Below, one piece after another: positions 26,448-32,000 of a stretch of 32,000 nucleotides of DNA. The notes under the pieces are model-generated. The model saw only the letters and a program-made list of their open reading frames with translations, did not search any database and was not told where the DNA came from. This DNA is from Geotalea uraniireducens Rf4. Its GTDB lineage: Bacteria; Desulfobacterota; Desulfuromonadia; Geobacterales; Geobacteraceae. Within the stretch, counting starts at the first letter, position 1. Each line of letters begins with the position of its first letter. The translations under genes were made by a program, and so were the position numbers. The stretch covers positions 3,450,001 to 3,482,000 of the forward strand of contig NC_009483.1 in NCBI RefSeq assembly GCF_000016745.1, in the 5' to 3' direction.

Positions 26448-27536
26448 TTATGCCGCCTCTTCCGCCTCGGCAACAGCCTCACCGAAAAGCTCGTCGAAGA
26501 TCTCCTGCACCGTGCCGATCCGGTCAGCCTTCCAGGCATTGGTGCCGCAGAAGATCAGGCCGGTATCCACGTCGCCCCGCTGGGCCCGGTCAAGGGCCTT
26601 GACGATGCAGAACCGCTCGCCGCTCTCCTTGAAGGAACATTTCTTCAGGCAGCCGGTGGTGCAGACGGAGCTCCGGACCTGGTCGTAAAGGACGATATCC
26701 TCCTGGTTGGTGAGTATGGCCCGCCCCGGCAAACCGGCCGGGCTCATGATCAGGCCGATATCCTCTTTCTTGCACTTCAGGTAGGCCTGCTTGAAGGCAT
26801 CGTCGGCATCACATTCCACGGTTGGAACGAAACGGCTTGCCATCTGCACACCGTCAGCCCCCTGCTCCAGGGCATGAAGCAGATCGGCCCGGTCCCAGAT
26901 GCCGCCAGCGGCGATCACCGGCATGTCGATGCCGTATTCTGCAAGAAAAAATTCCTTTACCCCGCGTACCGTGGCATACTGGTCGTAATCACCGGTACCG
27001 ATATTTTCCATTTTTTCGCCCAAATGCCCGCCGGCAGTATCGGGGTCTTCCACGACCACAGCATCGGGAAGACGGTTGTACCCCTTGTCCCACTTCTTGG
27101 CGATCAATTGGGCGGCCCGCACCGATGAAACGATGGGGACCAGCGCCACATCAGGCGCATGTGCAGTCAACCCCGGCAAAGTCATGGGGAGACCGGCGCC
27201 GCAGACAACCACCTTCGCCCCCCCCTCAATGGCTGCCTGCACCAACTGCTCAAAGTCGGAAAGGGCAACCATCACGTTAACGCCGATGACTCCATCCGGA
27301 GCAATGGCATAGGCCTTTTGCAGCTCAGCCTTGAAAGCCGCCGCATCAGCCTGCATGTAATTGGTCCCGTCGTAAAATTCGCTGTTCAGCGCAATGCCGG
27401 GAGCCGCCACCAGACCGACGCCGCCGCACTTGGCCACATGCCCCGCCAGAGATCCGGCGGAGATGCGCACCCCCATGCCACCCTGGATCAGCGGGTATTT
27501 CACCTCATATTTGCCTATTTTCAAGGGCTTGAACAT
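26448..27536 (-). CDS. FMN-dependent NAD(P)H oxidoreductase of the nitronate monooxygenase / FabK-like (NPD) family
   Basis: The start is set at MFKPLKIGKYEVKYPLIQGGMG (GGAGGA SD). Motifs IQGGMG, VVCGAGLP and PVIAAGGIWD...GADGVQMASRF are typical of the family. The C-terminal extension is Cys-rich. Confidence 0.85.
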   Translation of the reverse strand: MFKPLKIGKYEVKYPLIQGGMGVRISAGSLAGHVAKCGGVGLVAAPGIALNSEFYDGTNYMQADAAAFKAELQKAYAIAPDGVIGVNVMVALSDFEQLVQAAIEGGAKVVVCGAGLPMTLPGLTAHAPDVALVPIVSSVRAAQLIAKKWDKGYNRLPDAVVVEDPDTAGGHLGEKMENIGTGDYDQYATVRGVKEFFLAEYGIDMPVIAAGGIWDRADLLHALEQGADGVQMASRFVPTVECDADDAFKQAYLKCKKEDIGLIMSPAGLPGRAILTNQEDIVLYDQVRSSVCTTGCLKKCSFKESGERFCIVKALDRAQRGDVDTGLIFCGTNAWKADRIGTVQEIFDELFGEAVAEAEEAA

Positions 27537-27609
27537 AACTTTCATCCTCCGACAGGTTGCCGTATACGTTATATGCCCATGAACCATAGCAGAAAAAGAG
27601 GTTTTCTAA

Positions 27610-27720
27610 TGTAATAGTATTGTAAAAGCGGGAGCCATATCCATCAACGACCAATGGCGAATCTGCTTTCGCTGGGAAGACGGCGACGCTATTAACGTGG
27701 AAATAACCGACTATCACTGA
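27610..27720 (+). pseudogene. higB: 5'-truncated higB (RelE/ParE-superfamily toxin) remnant
   Basis: The open frame with no start codon reads ...KAGAISINDQWRICFRWEDGDAINVEITDYH*. This is the characteristic C-terminal third of HigB ('plasmid maintenance system killer') toxins. The roughly 60 N-terminal codons are missing. The stop lies 8 nt before higA. Confidence 0.6.
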
Positions 27721-27728
27721 GGTACATC

Positions 27729-28043
27729 ATGAACATCAAAAACAAAGGAAAGCGCGAGCTTCCCCCCACCCATCCCGGCGCCATGCTTCGCGAAGATTTC
27801 ATGCCTGGTTACGGGCTTACCGTCACCACCCTCGCCGAGACGCTCGGTGTATCGCGCCAGACCATCAACGAGCTGCTCCGCGAGCGGCGTGCCCTCACCC
27901 CCGCCATGGCGCTTCGGCTTTCCCGGCTATTTGGCAATAGCCCCGAATTCTGGCTCAACGCCCAGCGAGCCGTGGATCTATGGCAGGCGGAGAAAGAGCT
28001 GGCAAAGGATTTGGAACGGATTCACACGCTTCGAGCAGCATAA
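27729..28043 (+). CDS. higA: HigA-family antitoxin (XRE HTH)
   Basis: 104 aa: HPG..L.E.F....GLT...LAE.LGVSRQTINELLRERRALTPAMALRLSRLFGNSPEFWLNAQ is the canonical HigA/VapI pattern. Confidence 0.88.
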   Translation: MNIKNKGKRELPPTHPGAMLREDFMPGYGLTVTTLAETLGVSRQTINELLRERRALTPAMALRLSRLFGNSPEFWLNAQRAVDLWQAEKELAKDLERIHTLRAA

Positions 28044-28057
28044 CAAATTTTTCGTAT

Positions 28058-28091
28058 CACGTAAAAGTCCGCAGATGCGGGCTTTTACGTG
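28058..28091 (+). terminator. Hairpin downstream of higA (possible terminator)
   Basis: CACGTAAAAGTCCGC-AGAT-GCGGGCTTTTACGTG is a long stem with one mismatch. There is no clean U-tail beyond the stem. Confidence 0.45.
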
Positions 28092-28415
28092 CGCGGCGAC
28101 TTTCCCACCCTCATTCCCCACAAGTTAGTCAATAAATCCAATTCTCATAATATAGCAACAACGAAAAAACAAAATTTTCTCCTCAGAAAATGGAAAATTC
28201 AGCGCGCTTTCAACAAATACCATGAATCGTTATCTTTCTTCCCTTTAATCGTTCGTCAGCAGACCAAGGATAGAAAGCGTTTCCGAAATGGATCTTGCAG
28301 AACGCAACACCTGAAATTATCAATTGATTTTTCATGTCGATCCGATGCAGAATCGAAGTTGTTAATGGACTGAGGTAATGAACGGAGGGGTGGCTGCATT
28401 GCCCCTGGGAGATCA

Positions 28416-30596
28416 ATGGGATCCTTGCGCGGCAGCAAAAAATTTCACATGACGGTGCGGGTGGCAACCTTCCTGGCCGTATTAGGCGTCTCCGTGCATG
28501 CCTCTCTGGCAGCCACCGACAGCTATGCCATCAACAGCCGGCAGCAGTTTATTGACAGGGGTAAACTCCATGCCGGCGTCAAAAACAGGGTGGAGCAAAC
28601 CGGCGAGGCAGACATAATCCTCGTTCTCAACGACATCGATGTGATCAGCATGGCCGACCGGATAAAAGAACGGCTTGAAATCAGGAACGACAGTCCTGAA
28701 ATCACGGCCGAAAAGTCGAGGTTATTCACCAATAAGAAGAAGCAGGCACTTACGGCACTATCCCCTGCACATTATCAGCTATTGCAGGATTATGACCAGC
28801 TGCCGGTCATGCACCTGAAGGTGGACGCAGAGGCGTTAGATGCCCTGCTACAGCTGGATGAGGTGGTGCTCGTCAACGAAGACCGGGCTTTTGTTCCACA
28901 TTTATCGGCGAGCCTGCCACTCATCGGAGCCCTCGAGGCCCACGCTGCGGGAGCCACCGGGAGCGGCACATCGGTGGCAGTACTGGACACGGGCGTCAAC
29001 TACACGCTCGCTGCTTTCGGCAGCTGCACTGCGCCAGGCATCCCTGCTGGCTGCAAAGTAGCATATACCCAGGATTTCGCGGCCGATGACGGGAGCCTGG
29101 ACGATAACGGCCATGGCACCAATGTGTCCGGGATTATTGTCGGTGTCGCCCCGGATACGAAGATTATCGGGCTCGATGTCTTCCGAACCGACGGTTATGC
29201 CTATGATTCCGACCTGCTGGCGGCACTGAACTGGGTACTGGCCAATCGGACAACCTACAACATTGCCGCGGTAAACATGAGCCTGGGAGGGGGCAAGTAT
29301 ACATCAGGATGCCCCACTGACTCCCTCGCCTCAGCAATCAACAACCTGAAAAGCGCCGGGGTGGTGAGCGCAATTTCTTCAGGAAATGACGGCTATACGA
29401 ACGCGATTTCCTCGCCGGCATGTATCCCTGCGGCCGTTTCGGTCGGAGCCGTCTACGATGCAAATGTCGGCAGCAGGAACTGGACCGTATGCAGCGATCT
29501 GACCACCACGGCGGACAAGGTTACGTGCTTTTCCAATAGCGCCTCATTTCTGACCATACTCGCCCCTGGCGCCCTGATCAGTGCTGCAAATATCACCATG
29601 GCGGGTACGTCCCAGGCGTCGCCCCATGTTTCGGGCGCAGTTGCCCTGATCAGGGGCCAACATGCATCTCTCACCGCGACAGAGATCGTCAACAAGCTGT
29701 CGAGTACCGGCGTATCCGTTACCTACAATAGCATCACCAAACCCCGTTTAAATGTGGCCGCAGCGCTACGATTTCCTCAGATAGCGACCCAGCCGGCCTC
29801 CGTCGCTTTCGGCTACCTCCTGATCGGCACAGGCGAACCCGCCCAAACCTTTACCATCACCAATACCGGCGCACTGGATCTCTCCGTCGGCACCATCGCC
29901 TTGACGGGTGCCGTTGCAGACTTTGTCATGCAAAGTGATTATTGCTCCGGGCAAACCCTCACGCCGGCGGCAAGCTGCAGCGTCAGCGTAAAATTTTCTC
30001 CCCAGTCGGCCGGTTTCAAAACCGCAGCTCTTTCCATCCCATCAAATGATCCTGATCAACCCTCTCTGGCTCTTCCTTTGAGCGGTACAGCCGGCATGAG
30101 CTACACCCTGACAACAGCTAAAGCCGGCTCGGGGACCATTACCAGTGCTCCGGCCGGCATCAGCTGCGGTGGAGACTGCACTGAACTGTATCCTCAAGGT
30201 GCGGCAGTAACGCTGACAGCCTTGCCAGACCCGGGTTGGGTCTTTGCCGGCTGGTCCGGGAGCGGCTGCAGCAACGGGCCCTGCGTGGTGACATTAAATG
30301 GCGATTTCAGCATCACGGCGCTCTTCAGTCTTCTGCAGCCGGTCAAACTTTCTTCTGTTTCAGGATCAGGTTATCCCACCATTCAATCCGCCTATGATGC
30401 CGCAGCGCAGGTGGACGCCATACAAATCCTCGCACAAACCTTCACTGAAAATATCTTCCTGAACCGGCCGGTCTCGGTTATCCTGACTGGTGGCTACGAC
30501 AGCACCTATACCAGTCCCCAGGGGCTTACCACCATTAATGGCACGATGACCATCAGCGACGGTACGGTAACGGTCGCAAATCTGGTTATACTGTAA
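28416..30596 (+). CDS. Secreted S8 (subtilisin-family) serine peptidase with C-terminal beta-sandwich and InlB-B-repeat-like domains
   Basis: Catalytic triad contexts VAVLDTGVNY (Asp), DDNGHGTNVSG (His) and GTSQASPHVSGAVAL (Ser). Signal peptide ...VHASLAA. C-terminal segments are LSVGTIALTG...CSVSVKFSP (choice-of-anchor-D/ASH-like) and GSGTITSAPAGISCGGDC...GWVFAGWSG (divergent InlB B-repeat-like). Confidence 0.85.
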   Translation: MGSLRGSKKFHMTVRVATFLAVLGVSVHASLAATDSYAINSRQQFIDRGKLHAGVKNRVEQTGEADIILVLNDIDVISMADRIKERLEIRNDSPEITAEKSRLFTNKKKQALTALSPAHYQLLQDYDQLPVMHLKVDAEALDALLQLDEVVLVNEDRAFVPHLSASLPLIGALEAHAAGATGSGTSVAVLDTGVNYTLAAFGSCTAPGIPAGCKVAYTQDFAADDGSLDDNGHGTNVSGIIVGVAPDTKIIGLDVFRTDGYAYDSDLLAALNWVLANRTTYNIAAVNMSLGGGKYTSGCPTDSLASAINNLKSAGVVSAISSGNDGYTNAISSPACIPAAVSVGAVYDANVGSRNWTVCSDLTTTADKVTCFSNSASFLTILAPGALISAANITMAGTSQASPHVSGAVALIRGQHASLTATEIVNKLSSTGVSVTYNSITKPRLNVAAALRFPQIATQPASVAFGYLLIGTGEPAQTFTITNTGALDLSVGTIALTGAVADFVMQSDYCSGQTLTPAASCSVSVKFSPQSAGFKTAALSIPSNDPDQPSLALPLSGTAGMSYTLTTAKAGSGTITSAPAGISCGGDCTELYPQGAAVTLTALPDPGWVFAGWSGSGCSNGPCVVTLNGDFSITALFSLLQPVKLSSVSGSGYPTIQSAYDAAAQVDAIQILAQTFTENIFLNRPVSVILTGGYDSTYTSPQGLTTINGTMTISDGTVTVANLVIL

Positions 30597-30673
30597 CGGT
30601 TGACCCCATTCCTGCCTGAAGCAAAGTCCCCTGCCCAGCAAAATTTCCGGGAGTAACAGCGTTATTCAACTTA

Positions 30674-30711
30674 AATAAAGCCCGGCCGGGATAACCCGGC
30701 CGGGCTTTATT
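30674..30711. terminator. Bidirectional rho-independent terminator between convergent genes
   Basis: AAAGCCCGGCCGGG-ATAA-CCCGGCCGGGCTTT is a 14-bp perfect stem flanked by A/T runs. Confidence 0.8.
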
Positions 30712-30739
30712 GAGAAGCAACTGTTGCATTATAGAACGA

Positions 30740-32000
30740 CTAACGCTGCAAGGTGTAAATCGTTCCAATACTTCCGTTTCTTGCAGCCGTTCCGCCGTTT
30801 CCGCTTATGCCACCCGAAACTTTGATATTCTCTGGAGCAAAACTGCTCATTCCGTAATAAATCGCGATCCGACCGCCGCCGCCGGCGCCATAGTTCGTAT
30901 TGGCTGTGGCTGCACCGCCACGGGCGCTGATCGTCCCGCTGCCTGTCAGCGTCCCCACGTTGATCTGGATACTACCGCCACTTCCGCCACCGCTGACATA
31001 CGTGGTACCGCCATCGACCAGGATACTCCCCAACAGGCTCATCGTCCCGGCGCTTATCTTCACCAGACCTCCACCATTGCCACCAGCATTGCTGCTGCTT
31101 CCATTTCCGCCACCACCGCTTCCCAACTCGTTCGGCAACTGCGGATTCCCGTAACTGCCGTTCACATTGCCGCCCCACGCAGATATGCCGCCCAGACCGC
31201 CGTAACTGCCGCCGTTGGTATATACACTCCCACCGTCGGTCGTGTTCCCCAATGTCCGCCCGGTATTCGTGTTGTTCTCCCCCTGCCAGCCGCCCAGATA
31301 TCCCTTCCCGCTTACGTCGATCTTTGAAGTGGCGTCAACGGTAAAGTCGGTAACTGCGTCGATCTTTAACCGGTACGCAGTAGTAGTTGTTGTCGACGGT
31401 TGAGTTACCATACCTGCGTTCGTAACACTTAGTTGATCCGCATAAATCTCGCTTGCGGTAAGAACAGAGTTGTCCACAATAACGTCGGTAGCCACATTAT
31501 ACTGCTCAGTAGTATAAACTCGCGCCTTACCCAGTATCTGCAGTTGATTCAGGGCAAACACTCCGCTGAACGTATCCCCCACGGCCGCCATCTGGTTCAG
31601 GTTACCATCTGCAGAGTTAATATAGATGGTATCGGCAGTGTTGTCCTTAATCGTGAAGTAGACACTCTGGTTCACATTCGGATTGATTCTCAATCCTGCA
31701 AACGCACCGGCGGTCCAATTCGATCCGGACATGGTCAGACTGTCGGAGGTAATGATTGAAATGGCTCCACGCCCGATCAATTTCATCAGAGTAGAGTCGT
31801 CACGCGCATCTATCCCCCGGTTATCAACGATCAGGTCTCCAAGCGATTTCACATCATCCTTCAGGTAGATCGTCCCTGCTCCGCCGTTCCGCGCGGTGTT
31901 GCTGCCGTCACCGCCTTTTCCGCCAGAGGCGGTAATGTTGACCGTCGGGAAGGCATTAACCCCGTAATAAATCGCGATCCGACCACCACCGCCGGCGCCA
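30740..32000 (-). CDS. Large glycine-rich modular repeat protein (Pmp-like GGxI / beta-helix type); 5' end beyond the window
   Basis: The frame stays open upstream of the track's GTG at 31852 (...GAGGGGRIAIYYGVNAFPTVNITASGGKGGDGSNTARNGGAGTIYLKDDVKSLG...). The module end GAGGGGRIAIYYG...SGG..G..ARNG..GTIY recurs at 30740-30900 and 31860-32000, with a near-identical nucleotide stretch. Confidence 0.7.
   Translation of the reverse strand, partial: GAGGGGRIAIYYGVNAFPTVNITASGGKGGDGSNTARNGGAGTIYLKDDVKSLGDLIVDNRGIDARDDSTLMKLIGRGAISIITSDSLTMSGSNWTAGAFAGLRINPNVNQSVYFTIKDNTADTIYINSADGNLNQMAAVGDTFSGVFALNQLQILGKARVYTTEQYNVATDVIVDNSVLTASEIYADQLSVTNAGMVTQPSTTTTTAYRLKIDAVTDFTVDATSKIDVSGKGYLGGWQGENNTNTGRTLGNTTDGGSVYTNGGSYGGLGGISAWGGNVNGSYGNPQLPNELGSGGGGNGSSSNAGGNGGGLVKISAGTMSLLGSILVDGGTTYVSGGGSGGSIQINVGTLTGSGTISARGGAATANTNYGAGGGGRIAIYYGMSSFAPENIKVSGGISGNGGTAARNGSIGTIYTLQR

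Noticed and set aside
26054-26688. ORFs 26054-26395 (-) and 26122-26688 (+) in the sahR / NPD gap
   Set aside because: Their products are Arg/Pro/Gly/Ser-rich. They overlap a terminator, a long helix and the 3' end of a well-supported gene, and they have no SD. The region is better explained as non-coding structured DNA or RNA.
27505-27717. 70-aa minus-strand ORF
   Set aside because: It is antisense to the higB remnant and spans the promoter gap. It has no SD and no recognisable similarity.

Overview
The window looks like a chromosomal segment from a Geobacter-like deltaproteobacterium, judged from gene content and style only. No rRNA, tRNA or CRISPR array was seen. Almost all real genes lie on the minus strand, and most long plus-strand ORFs in the track are antisense shadows of GC-rich genes.

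- **1-14.9 kb, chemosensory supercluster:** cheW (partial), a receiver plus PAS histidine kinase pair, a 1093-aa sCache/PAS MCP, a second cheW and a poly-HAMP MCP. These are followed by a tightly coupled operon encoding a receptor-like protein with two tip motifs, a STAS protein, CheY and CheA.
- **15-19.8 kb:** a P460-like haem protein, a small membrane protein, and an iron locus ordered fur, feoB, zinc-ribbon gene, dtxR::feoA.
- **20-22.2 kb:** a lipoprotein with five Big_2 domains and eight YVTN repeats.
- **22.4-27.6 kb:** a tiny membrane ORF with an in-frame UGA, a DsbC-like protein carrying a CXXCH motif, ahcY, a SahR-like ArsR/methyltransferase regulator and an NPD/FabK-like flavoenzyme.
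- **27.6-32 kb, accessory-looking end:** a higB remnant with intact higA, an S8 peptidase, and a giant glycine-rich repeat protein that runs off the window.

The intergenic spaces are unusually rich in MITE-like palindromes and in hairpins built from phased 7-10 nt tandem units, two of which are textbook G-quadruplex motifs.

Most worth following up:
- the DosM-like two-tip receptor and STAS module
- the candidate Sec-containing mini-protein
- the 4-Cys tandem PAS modules
- the G4/SD-like heptamer array inside the feo operon
- an orphan GC-rich structured element with partial cobalamin-riboswitch motifs
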